A DNA stretch of 63,260 nt, the filler included, from Octopus bimaculoides (lineage: Eukaryota): assembly GCF_001194135.2 (NCBI RefSeq). It is 5 parts of 4 records of this genome, joined end to end, with 100 filler letters (N's around TTAATTAATTAA, not from the genome) between each part and the next. Parts side by side here need not be neighbours in the genome. Positions count along the whole stretch, not along the records: positions 1 to 19,238 come from NC_068991.1; 4 more parts are not named here. One strand, written 5' to 3'. This document shows, one piece after another, positions 1-10,889 of the stretch. The notes beneath the pieces were generated by a model. It ran no database searches. It saw only the letters and a program-made list of their open reading frames with translations, and had not been told where the DNA came from. The position numbers and the translations under genes are program-made. Position 1 is the first letter of the stretch. The number at the start of each line of letters is the position of its first letter.

Positions 1-73
1 TATATATATATATTACGGAGATGTACTTGCATAGCAAGCGACTTGATCTGAGATCATGTGCTGAAACAAAAAT

Positions 74-471
74 AATTGCAGCGTGGAAGATGTTTGTGAG
101 CCATTCAAGAAAACAAAAAAACCGTTAGCTTTCACGTCAACATTTAAATTTCATTTGTGTCAACATATTTTCATTGCTTTGAAACCGTATATGCATACAT
201 GCGCAAGTACACATACACATACATACATGCATACATGCATGCATACATACATACATACATACATACATACATACATACATACAAACATGCATACATATAT
301 ATATCATGAATTAACTGTTACTTTCTCGGATGCAGTATGAAGTTTCTTCAGTGAACAGGTCGCGGTTTCAAAGCGACGAAGATATTTTGACACAAATGAA
401 ATTTAAATGCTGAAGTTAAACTAACGTTTTTTTGTGTTCTTGAATGGCTTACAAACATCTTCCACTATGCA

Positions 472-474
<3 letters not shown>
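74..474. repeat. Two inverted copies of an interspersed repeat (arms 74-187 and 363-474) around a (CATA)n spacer
   Basis: Arms align as reverse complements over ~113 nt with scattered mismatches (e.g. GTGGAAGATGTTTGT..CCATTCAAGAA, ATTTAAATTTCATTTGTGTCAA, GCTTTGAAACCG). Confidence 0.9.
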
Positions 475-557
<83 letters not shown>

Positions 558-572
558 CGTGCGTGCGCGCGC
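475..572. repeat. (GT)n/(GC)n microsatellite
   Basis: Directly visible. Confidence 0.95.
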
Positions 573-1480
573 GCTTTTCCGAGCTGAGATTCGAAACCGA
601 ATCTAAGGATTCTCGCTCCCCTGATCAACCACTGACCAAGCAATAGGCGCGAAAGAAATTTCTTTGTCTTGTCAAAAAGTGATGGATAGATTCCCCTTCG
701 ACCTACGTCCGGAGCTGTGTTATTTAAGGTTCAAGTGGAGAGGACGCGACTTACATAAGTAGAAATTACTCTTGTGGTATGTCTGTCCTTCTAGCTGTCA
801 TAATCATTATAAATACAGTCAGACATACGACAAAGGCAGATAGCCATCACCAGGCGAACTGTCAAGAGACAGCTAGCAAGTAACTTGCGCCAGTCAAGCA
901 GCCAACATAGAACCACATATTCAGCATGAACGACCCATCACAATAGCAGTCGCAGAACATAAACAGATACCATCCAATGACCAACGCACACAGACACAAA
1001 ACATGCCCAGTTCTATCTCATCACATCGACGAAATATTTCCCCTGTTTATTTTCTTCTTCACTAACTCGAAACAAGTTGGTAATGTCATGTAGTGAATTC
1101 TTTTTTTTTTGTGTATACAAGTAAATGCAAGTGTCAATTGAATAAATTATTTAAACCACAATCCGAAGCTTTTCCATTGTTTTACTTTGATGTCGTCCAC
1201 ATGCCTACCTCAACAACATCTTTTGCTATACCTTTACCGCCACATATGTGTGTGTGTGTGTGTGTACATACAAGAAGCCATGCTGGCAAAACGCTGCTCC
1301 TCTAAGCAGAAAGCTTACCTGTCATTGTAGTTTTGTGGCACAAAGCTAAGCAGGCCTTGCCGTCCACTCAAGAAAACACATAGTAAACGATCCATAACAA
1401 CTCAAGCAAACAAGCCCTCAACTTGTTCCATTTGCCAAAAGGTTTGCAAGGCACCAGCAGGCCTTAAGAAACACATTCAT

Positions 1481-1701
1481 ATTCTTTATTGCCCACAAGG
1501 GGCTAAACATAGAGGGGACAAACAAGAACAGATAAACGGATTAAGTCGATTACATCGACCCCAGTGCGTAACTGGTGCTTTGTTTATCGACCCCGAAAGG
1601 ATAAGTCGACCTCGGCGGAATTTGAACTCAGAACTTAGCAGCAGACAAAATACCGCTAAGCATTTCCCCCAGCGTGCTAACGTTTCTGCCAGCTCGCCGC
1701 C
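1481..1701 (-). mobile_element. tRNA-derived SINE, family B (tail type 1)
   Basis: Minus strand GGCGGCGAGCTGGCAGAAACGTTAGCA...GAGTTCAAATTCC (A/B-box-like), central GGGGTCGATAAA..AGTACCAG block; homologous to 34798-35008. Confidence 0.85.
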
Positions 1702-1834
1702 TTGAAACACATTCGTGTCCATAGAACATGATTACTGCTTTATTTTACTGAACTCTCACTTGTCGTTCACGACGAGAGAACACACACACACGCACACATA
1801 CATAGACAATGATTAAGTGAGTGAGGCTTTTGAC

Positions 1835-2094
1835 GACATGCCGTGCTTGAGAAGATCCGTCAAGTCAAGTGAAGTCGTAGTCGTGGCCGATGTCACGTAA
1901 CTGGCAATCGTGCCGGTGGAACGTAAAGGGTACCCATTACACTTTTGGAGTGGTTGGCGTTAGGAAGGGAAGCCAGCCATAGAAACCATACTAAATCAGA
2001 TTGGAACCTGGTGTAGCTATACAGCCTAACAGTTTTAGTTAAACCGTCTAACCCGTGCCAGCATGGAAGGCAGACACTAAATGATGATGATGAT
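1835..2094 (+). mobile_element. RTE-type LINE/SINE 3' end with (GAT)n tail
   Basis: Ends aacccgtgccagcatggaagg..taaatgatgatgat; same tail on minus at ~4080-4320, 8590-8680 and 9828-10030. Confidence 0.65.
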
Positions 2095-2994
2095 ACATAT
2101 ATACACGATTACACACGCACTCACACACACGCACACACACGAGTAAGTTTTTTAAAATGAGTATGAAATGCTGGCTATCTTCAAAAATGCTGTCGATAGT
2201 TTTCCTCGTGAATTACTCTATTGAACATCATCTAATAAGAATAGCTGCCATAAGCACTTTGTACTTGGTGACCCTGCCGTTCACTGTTATTTTCGTCAGT
2301 CGTAACATCTAACCAATATATACCTCCTACCCACCTTAACCAGAATGACTGCTACATTACATACTTTTATTAGAAAAAAGGAAATGCTGTATACAGTCAT
2401 TCGAGGGGAAATGGTTACAGCCTGTGTGTGTGTGATGTGTAATTTAAGGATAGGCTTCAACAATATAAAACTAGGAAAGTAAATGCTTCAATGTTACTCT
2501 TAAAATGCAAATAAATCTATTGAGATTTATAATTAGATCATTTCTAATTTTGAAAACAATTATTATCTTTTGATTTAAAGTAGTATAAAACAAGAAAGCC
2601 AGAAATATTTTGATGTTACAAAATCTAATAACGTAAGGCGAAAAAAAAGTTAGTGAACGAACAGTCAAAAGTGAACTGTTAATTGTTGGTTTTGGTGAAC
2701 ATAAAACACTCGCTTTGCAAATACTGTTCGTGTTGCAAAGGAGTTTCCGGACAGGAAGATAGCTGAAAAATTATCAATGAATTAAACAAAACTTTAGTAT
2801 GTCATTCAAAAAATAGTGATGACGAGATATCTATGAGGCATAATGAGTTTGCTATCAGTAGAACCGTTCGCACACCGGATAAAATGTTTGGAGTCATATC
2901 TTCCGGCTCTTTACGTTCTGGGTGCAAATTCCTCAGAAGTTGATTTTGCCTTTCAACGTTTTGAGGAAGATAGAATAAGGGAATAAGGGTTAAT

Positions 2995-3962
2995 GACCCG
3001 GAAATGAAAATCCCAAAAAATACTGGAATGGGTGTAAAACAATGCGTAGGAAACGAATATGAAAATAAAAAAATGCGCGCAAAGCAACGGGAGGGTGGGA
3101 AGAGGACTTCGGAAAATTCACAAGATCCGAGTTTTTCCCTCATAACTTTTAGGAAAATGGGTTTTTGTTTTTCAATGAAATTTTATAGAAATACCATTCA
3201 AACGGCATACATTACAATCATAAAGAAATTTATGGGGAAAATCTTTTCCAAAGGGGTGGGAAGAGGACTTCGGAAAATTCACAAAGTCCGAGTTTTTCCT
3301 TCATAATTTTTAGGAAAATGGGGTTCTTTCAATGAAATTCTATAGAAATACCGATGTAAGAGACGAGAATACAAGTCGAAATTTTGAGCAAATACATTCC
3401 AGGAGTACAAGTTTCATTTCTTTGCTTGAAATTGTCAAAAAATAAAATGTTTTTTTCAACCTGAACCATTTTCAGAGGCCTCTAAATATTTTATTATGCC
3501 TTGTACATCGCCAGTATTCTTATCATGGACAGATTAGTCCTCAAATTGAAGACACTCAGCAGAAGTATACTTGTATCAGACATCTTGGCCTCATGGGGAT
3601 GGGAGCTTTGAATGTCGATTCTTTTATTTCTGTCCATGAAAAGGTTCACATTTGAAAGGTCAATAACTTGAAAATGAGGAAAGATAGAGCAATTCTGATA
3701 GCAGATTCTAACAGGCTGGGTTTAGATTACTCGAAGTAGCCAATTTCAGTCAAATACTATGATTAGTTTTAAAGATATTCAGTACCAAAATTTGTATAAA
3801 TTGACATTCGTGCTTCACGTGGGGTGTAACCCTCAAATTTGGAGGGGAGGGGGGCATATCTTAGAAACCTTTAGTTGGACCCTAAAATCATGCATGTGTT
3901 CCTTATACATAGAGAGGTATTACCAAAAACAATTATGAGCCAAATCTGAGTTAGTCACGGGC
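2995..3962. mobile_element. Unclassified non-coding repeat (possibly non-autonomous DNA element) with an internal ~100-bp direct duplication
   Basis: Direct repeat 3093-3195 / 3254-3352; no coding capacity recognised; boundaries approximate. Confidence 0.35.
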
Positions 3963-4074
3963 AAAGTTATTTTAACTTCAGTTGAATTCATATGGAATAA
4001 CACAAATGCTTAATTTCAAAGCCATCATTTCAGATTACACCACCACCACCACCACCACCGTTACCACCACCAAC

Positions 4075-4320
4075 ATCATCATCATCATCATCATCATCAG
4101 CCGCATCAGCATCAGCATTAGTTAACCTCTGTTTTCCTTGCTGGTATGGGTCGGATGAAGAGCTAGCAAGCCAGAGGGCAGTGAAAAACTTGATCGTTTG
4201 TCTTGGCATGATTTCTAAGGTTGGATATCTTTCCTAATAACAATTATTTTACAGAGTCTACTGGGTGCTATTTTCGTGACACCAGCACCAGCAGAATCAC
4301 CAAGTAACTTGCAAGAAATA
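4075..4320 (-). mobile_element. Degenerate RTE-type 3' fragment
   Basis: (CAT)n followed by ttaacctctgttttccttgctggtatgggtcgg, homologous to the tail at 1835-2094. Confidence 0.5.
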
Positions 4321-4776
4321 GTGGTGTTGGGGGTGGGGGCTGTAATATTGAGGAAGCAGGACCCCAGAAGCTAGTTAAATTATATATGAATGGGGATGGG
4401 AACCCACTTTTGTACATCACAGTTTTAGATGTGTGTATGATATTGTATATCAAAATTTTAACATTAATATGTATTTTATTTCCAATCTACATGCTTGTTT
4501 TCTAAACAGTTGCATGGACATGCATGATAAAACTGGAAAAAAAAAATGGTGATTTATATACTTATTTTATACTTATACTATACTTAATTAAATACCTATT
4601 TAAATAAATGCAAATGCTATAATAATTGTTAGTCTCTCACACAACAAAATTCACAATATATCATTATTGAAAAGTGCCATAAAAATGTTCACTCTGTTTT
4701 CATGGTGGCTGTATCCATGTAAAATCTTCGAAATATCAGCTGATAGCTGATAATGTTCACTGTGTTTATATATGTA

Positions 4777-4837
<61 letters not shown>

Positions 4838-5249
4838 NNNNNNNNNNNNNNNNNNNNNNNNNNNNNNNNNNNNNNNNNNNNNNNNNNNNNNNNNNNNNNN
4901 NNNNNNNNNNNNNNNNNNNNNNNNNNNNNNNNNNNNNNNNNNNNNNNNNNNNNNNNNNNNNNNNNNNNNNNNNNNNNNNNNNNNNNNNNNNNNNNNNNNN
5001 NNNNNNNNNNNNNNNNNNNNNNNNNNNNNNNNNNNNNNNNNNNNNNNNNNNNNNNNNNNNNNNNNNNNNNNNNNNNNNNNNNNNNNNNNNNNNNNNNNNN
5101 NNNNNNNNNNNNNNNNNNNNNNNNNNNNNNNNNNNNNNNNNNNNNNNNNNNNNNNNNNNNNNNNNNNNNNNNNNNNNNNNATTATTAATTCTATTATTAA
5201 TTGACGATTCTCTGCCCTTATTCTTGTATATATACATACATATATATAT

Positions 5250-5428
5250 TCTTTTATTCTTTTAATTGAGCACCGTCTTTAGTCGAACCAATCAAACCCA
5301 GGACTTATTCTTTATAAGCCTAGTACTTATTCTATTGGTCACTTGTGCCAAACTGCTAAATTACATGGATGTAAACACACCAACATCGGTTGTCAAGTGA
5401 TGGTAGGGGGACAAACAGACACACAAAC

Positions 5429-5484
<56 letters not shown>

Positions 5485-5622
5485 GATAGGCTTCTTTCAG
5501 TTCCCGTCTACCAAATTCACTTACAAGGGTTTGGTTGGCTCAAGGCTATAATAGTAAACACTTGGGACTGAACCCGCAACCATGTGGTTGGGAAGCAAGT
5601 TTCTTACCACACAGCCACGCCT
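5250..5622 (-). mobile_element. tRNA/CORE-like SINE, family C, with internal (TA)n
   Basis: Head GGCGTGGCTGTGTGGTAAGAAACTTGCTTCCCAACCACATGG, body GGTAGACGGGAACTGAAAGAAGCC, 3' part CTTGACAACCGATGTTGG...AAAGACGGTGCTC; multiple copies in window. Confidence 0.85.
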
Positions 5623-5722
5623 ATACACACACACATATATATATATATGTGTGTGTGTATTTATATATATATATACGTTTATATATATATGTTATATATA
5701 AATATATGCGTATGTATGTATA

Positions 5723-5764
<42 letters not shown>

Positions 5765-6499
5765 CAAAATAAGCAACAAGGATATTCAAGGTTAATGCAG
5801 TACGATCATTTCATGCGACTCCATTTATTTAAGCAATGTGAATATTACATTAAATGTAAAATGCAGAGCAATCTTCAGCTGCACAAAGATACAGAAAATT
5901 TACTGAAATTTCATTTCAGTAGAAGGATATGTTATTGTAACTACATTTAAACACTCCAAGCAGGAAGGAAGAATACAAAAAACATTTTGACTTAGCCAGA
6001 CCATACAGGCTTGTAATTAATTCCAAGCAGATTTTAACTGTCACTGATTTTATTTGTTTTTTTTTTTTGTTTCATCTTATCAAACCTAATGATTCAAAGC
6101 TTAAGAGGGCACCAGCCTTTTCCTTGTAAGGAAAGGGAAGGGGTAAACACTATACATGGATATGGTTATAAAAATTCCTTTGGTTTTAGTGACACATTAT
6201 TATAGGTTGAGGGGTTTTCCCTACTAGCAGACCAGTTTATAATGTAGCAGGGGAAGTTTAACATAAGGCACCTAGGTCAAAAGTATATAAAATAAAGTTT
6301 CTATATATGTACTGATACAGTATGTGTTTATTTATAGTTTTCATTAATCAGAATAATGTATCTGTATTGTTTTACATATACTAAGTATGGAAACTTTGAG
6401 ATACCAATATTAGCTTAATTAATATGTGAATAATAGTAATGTAACTAATCAATACATTCAGTATGCAAAAACCATGAGGTAGTGTTAATTTAAAAAGCT

Positions 6500-7615
6500 T
6501 TAGCAACGATCACGCTCATATGGTGCTCTTAGCGCTCCACTAGCACAGATGCCAGTCATGCGGTGCTGTCATCGAATCTGATTTCGATTTCACTTGCCTC
6601 AACAGGTCTTCGCAAACAGATTTTAGTGTGTTTAATGAAGGACAGGTATGCATAAGTGAGCTGGTTATACCACTGGCATAGGCCACGGGTTACAGTCTCA
6701 CTTGGCTTGCCGGGTCTTCTCAAGCACAGCATATTTCCAAAGGTCTCGGTCACTAGTCATTGCCTCAGTGAGGCCTAATGTTTGAAGGTTGTGCTTCACC
6801 ACCTCATCCCAGGTCTTCCGGAGTCTACCTCTTCCACAGGTTCCCTCAACCGCTAGGGTGTGACACTTTTTCACACAGCTATCCTCTTCCATTCACACCA
6901 CATGACCATACCAGTGCAGTCATCTCTCTTGCACGCCACATCTGATGCTTCTTATGTCCAATTTTTCTCTCAAGGCACTTACACTCTGTCGAGTATGCAC
7001 ACTGACATTACACATCCAGCGGAGCATACTGGCTTCATTCCTTGCAAGCTTACGCATGTCCTCAGCAGTTACAACCCATGTTTCACTGCCATGTAGCATG
7101 ACTGTTTGGACACATGCATCATACAGTCTACCTTTTACTCTCAGCAAGAAGCCCTTTGTCACCAGCAGAGGTAAGAGCTCTCTAAACTTGCCCAAGCTAT
7201 TCTTATTCTAGCAGCTACACTCTCAGAGCACCCACCCCCACTACTGACTTGGTCACCTAGGTAACGGAAGCTATTATCTACTTCTAGTTTTTCTCTCTGG
7301 AATGTGGCAGAAGTTTTCTGCACATTTTCAGTGTTTATTGTTCCTGAGCATCTGTCACATACAAAAACTATCTTCTTAGTTAGCCTTCCTTTGATATTAC
7401 AGCACCTCTTATGTGTCCATAGCTTACACTGGGTACATCTTATAGAGTTTCTACCTTGCCTTTTCTACAGATCGAGCAGGGCCATCTACCTGAAGAGATT
7501 TGTGGTTTGTCTGTCTTCCTACTTATTAGGACTTTGGTTTTAGTTAGGTTGACTCTAAGGCCCCTCAATTCTAATCCTTGCTTCCACACCTGAAACTTCT
7601 CCTCTAGCTCTGATA
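6500..7615 (-). mobile_element. RTE-clade LINE, 5'-truncated, frameshifted RT C-terminus and 3'UTR
   Basis: FRYLGDQVSSGGGCSESVAARIRIAW; KGRLYDACVQTVMLHGSETW; GTCGRGR.RKTWDEVVK. These are typical RTE ORF2 motifs. Confidence 0.9.
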
Positions 7616-7691
7616 GTGACTCAGCAATTAGGGCAAGGTTATCAGCATAGAGGAGCTCCCAGTGGCATCATATATATATATAATTATGTGT

Positions 7692-7761
<70 letters not shown>

Positions 7762-8039
7762 GTGTGTGTATGTTTATATATATATATATATATATATATA
7801 TCTTATATATAAATGGTAATTTCTGTCTCTCTGCCAGTCTGTTTGTTACCATCTTACTGCTTAATCCAGTGAACCAATATTCACAAAACTTTGCATACAT
7901 GTTACACTGAGATCCACTTTAATAATAGGCTAATTGGATTTCAATAAAATCTTTGAGTTCCCCCAGAGGCATTGGGTGAATTATATGATAAAATGAGAAG
8001 GTTGCAAACTGTATTAGTCCAATGCTACTACACTAAAAA

Positions 8040-8430
8040 TATTGAAACAGTGCTGCAGATGAGCTACAGGGATAGGTTGAGAAACTGCAACTTTACTCCC
8101 TGGAGTGAAGGCACAAGAGATATGCAATAATCTACATATGGAAAACTCTAGAGGGGCTAGTATCCAATTTTGGCATTGAGTGCTATACAAATGCCAGGAC
8201 TGGCTGCCATTGTATTGTATGAAAATGTACCATCCACTCTATCTTAATTCAGGACTGCAATAGTCTAGGGTTCAAAGGCCCACAGCTCTTCAATGCCCTG
8301 CCACAAAAATTAAGAAATCTGAATAAGCTGGAAGAGGTCTTCAAAAAGGAACCAGACATCCTCCTCTCCACAATACCAAATGAACCAACAGCCCATGAGG
8401 TGCAGCAGAATCAAACCCCCTTGTACACCA
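8040..8430 (+). mobile_element. CR1/L2-like LINE ORF2 C-terminal fossil
   Basis: MSYRDRL..LYSLE*RHKRYAIIYIWKTLEG and GPQLFNALPQKLRN, with stops. Confidence 0.7.
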
Positions 8431-8548
8431 AATGGGCCAACAGCACATACAGGAATGGTGATGTAAGACACCCCAGATTGAGAAAATCAGAAAGACTATG
8501 GCAATGTTCCAGCATGACCACAGCCACATGGCTGAAAAGATTAAAAGA

Positions 8549-8592
<44 letters not shown>

Positions 8593-8682
8593 TCATTTAA
8601 CGTCCGCTTTCCATGCTAGCATGGGTTCGACAATTTGACTGAGGACTGGTGAAACCAGATGGCTACACCAGGCTCCAATCTG

Positions 8683-8790
8683 ATTTGGCAGAATTGTTAG
8701 CACACTGGGAAAAGTGTTTAGTGGCATTTTGCTCCTATTTACACTCTGAATTTAAATTCCATCAAAGTCAACTTTACCTTTCATCCTTTG
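8683..8790 (+). mobile_element. Degenerate family B SINE
   Basis: ttggcagaattgttagca...tttaaattcc..aagtcaactttacctttcatcc. Confidence 0.6.
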
Positions 8791-9004
8791 AAGGTGGGGA
8801 AAAAAAAACCAGTTATGTACTTATAATAATTCAAGATGTTTCTTTTATAAAACAATTTATAATTTAAAATCTTATCTTGTCCTAATCATTTTAGTACAAG
8901 TCTAACTGATCTAAACACTCAAGACCTTTAGAAGTGGTGTTAGTAATGCTGGAGTGTTTTTAGGGATTAAGGATTATTCTAAGCCGTTTATGTATATTGA
9001 CAGT

Positions 9005-9373
9005 GGAGGCGCAATGGCCCAGTGGTTAGGGCAGCAGACTCGCGGCTTCGATTCCCAGACTAGGCATTGCGAGTGTTTATTGAGCGAAAACAGCTAAAGC
9101 TCCACAAGGCTCCGGCAGGAGATGGTGGCGAACCCTGCTGTACTCTTCCACCACAACTTTCTCTCACTCTTTCTTCCTGTTTCTGTTGTGCCTGTAATTC
9201 AAAGGGTCAGCCTTGTCACACTGTGTCACGCTGAATATCCCCAAGGACTGCGTTAAGGGTACACATGTCAGTGGAGTGCTCAGCCACTTGCACGTTAATT
9301 TCACGAGCAGGCTGTTCCGTTGATCGGATCAACTGGAACCCTCGATGTCATAAGCGACGGAGTGCCAACAACA
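9005..9373 (+). mobile_element. tRNA-derived SINE, family A
   Basis: GGAGGCGCAATGGCCCAGTGGTTAGGGCAGC..TTCGATTCCC head; near-identical ~370-bp copy on minus at 40326-40710. Confidence 0.9.
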
Positions 9374-9827
9374 TGTATATTGAGTTCCGACACAAGATCA
9401 TTATCATTGCTATGCCTAAGTGACACACACACACACACATTTGTGTGCCACTTTATCTTGACGGGTTTTATACCTGTAAATGATTGTCAGTCATTCAAGC
9501 AATGTTGTTCATTTTCAATATCTTGTGAGAACATTTCTGGTGACAAGGAAATATGATCTTACTTGGACACAAGTGAGGGCTGGCAACAAGAAAGGAATTA
9601 AACTGTAGCAAATATAACGATGAACTTTGTCTGACCCATGCAAGAATGGAAAAGTGGATATTTAAATGGTGACATAAAAATCTCATTCACTGAACTAGGA
9701 CCCATCACCAGACTAAAAACACATTAACCAATATTATTAGTGTTTATAACACTTCATTTGGTAAATATTTAATTAGGTCAGCAGGGTTTCACTGCAATGC
9801 TGCTGACAAGGTATGAACCTTTTACTA

Positions 9828-10030
9828 TCATCATTTAATGTTTTCCATGCTGGCATGGGTTGGACAGTTTGATGAGTTGCACTAGGTTCCATAGTCTATT
9901 TTGGTATGGTTTCTACACCTGGATGCCCTAATGCCAACTACCTTAAAGTGTACTGGATATTTTTTGTGGCACCAGCACCAACAGGATCACCAAGTACTTT
10001 ACAAGACAATAGCCCCCTCAACTGGGAGGG
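9828..10030 (-). mobile_element. RTE-type 3' fragment
   Basis: catcatttaatgttttccatgctggcatgggttggac tail shared with the other copies. Confidence 0.6.
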
Positions 10031-10270
10031 AGTGGGGAGAATTATTCAGGGGGTGTGGCTTTGTGCCTGCTGATTTAAGGTATAGAGGGGACAAACACCC
10101 TAACTGACTTGACCAGTTGTAATTTTTAACTGTTTAAATAATTCAACCATAACATTACTAGAAGTTAGCATGACATACTTGTTGATCTGGTATTTCCTTA
10201 ATCAGTCTCCAGATGATATAAAGTTACATTTAAATACAAACACAAAACAAGAAATTCATTATAAAAATAA

Positions 10271-10303
10271 TTTATTTTACTATACAAATAAATAAATAAA
10301 TAA
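10271..10303 (-). terminator. IkappaB distal poly(A) signal with upstream AU-rich element
   Basis: AATAAA on minus 10276-10271 with a downstream U/GU-rich tract (ttcttgttttgtgtttg); overlapping ATTTA pentamers at 10303-10286. Confidence 0.6.
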
Positions 10304-10847
10304 CATCCTTGAAAGAACACTTCTTTGGCAAGTTTAAAAGCTCCAAAGAAACTGGGTGTTCATGGCAAATATCAAATTGTCCAAAATTTGATGGAATCGA
10401 AACTATATTTGCCAAAATGTTCTTACAAGGAAAGAAAACTTCCATTTTTCTGTACCTCAGTCATTTTATTCAGCTTCAAGAGAAGCTGAGTGAAAAATTG
10501 GTCCAAAGTTACCACTCAGCAGTGCCTTATTTTGGTGTAACACACACACACACACACACACACAACCACAACCAATGATTCCATACAAGTTCCATAATAT
10601 GGTGCTGTACACGAGTTTGAATAAATGAGATTGTGTGCAAGTTTGTCTCCATGAGTTTTACTACTTCTGCACATCCTTCAGCAGGGCTTTCAACCTTTGC
10701 TTCAGCATCATTTATGATTATGTTCATCTAAGGTGGCAGACTTCATGGAAGTAACCCTTTGATGCCTGTAAGTCTCCAACAGCTTCTTGTGGCGGCATCA
10801 TCGTAGATTGGAATAGTTTATTCTTAGCACACACAAGACGGTATCCA

Positions 10848-10889
10848 TTATGAAGGCTGATAGTCCATATGTACATCACCAGATAAGAA
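10848..10889 (-). CDS. NFKBIA: IkappaB exon 5 coding part (FLSGDVHMDYQPS*)
   Basis: Strong acceptor tttttctgtattttcAG 10891-10890, phase 0 matches exon 4; TAA at 10850-10848. The exon is short, so it is less certain. Confidence 0.75.
   Translation of the reverse strand, partial: FLSGDVHMDYQPS

Noticed and set aside
805-1000. TATAAATA followed by purine-rich leader-like sequence as a plus-strand promoter
   Set aside because: No downstream ORF or exon could be linked; TATA-like words are frequent in this AT-rich DNA.
9005-9060. tRNA-like heads (also 22390-22455, 40645-40710 and family B/D heads) as tRNA genes
   Set aside because: They continue into shared non-tRNA bodies and lack a full cloverleaf; they are SINE heads.
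10527-10727. 66-aa downstream ORF in the IkappaB 3'UTR
   Set aside because: No recognisable homology, ends in a (GT)n tract, and no splice path in frame with the CDS.
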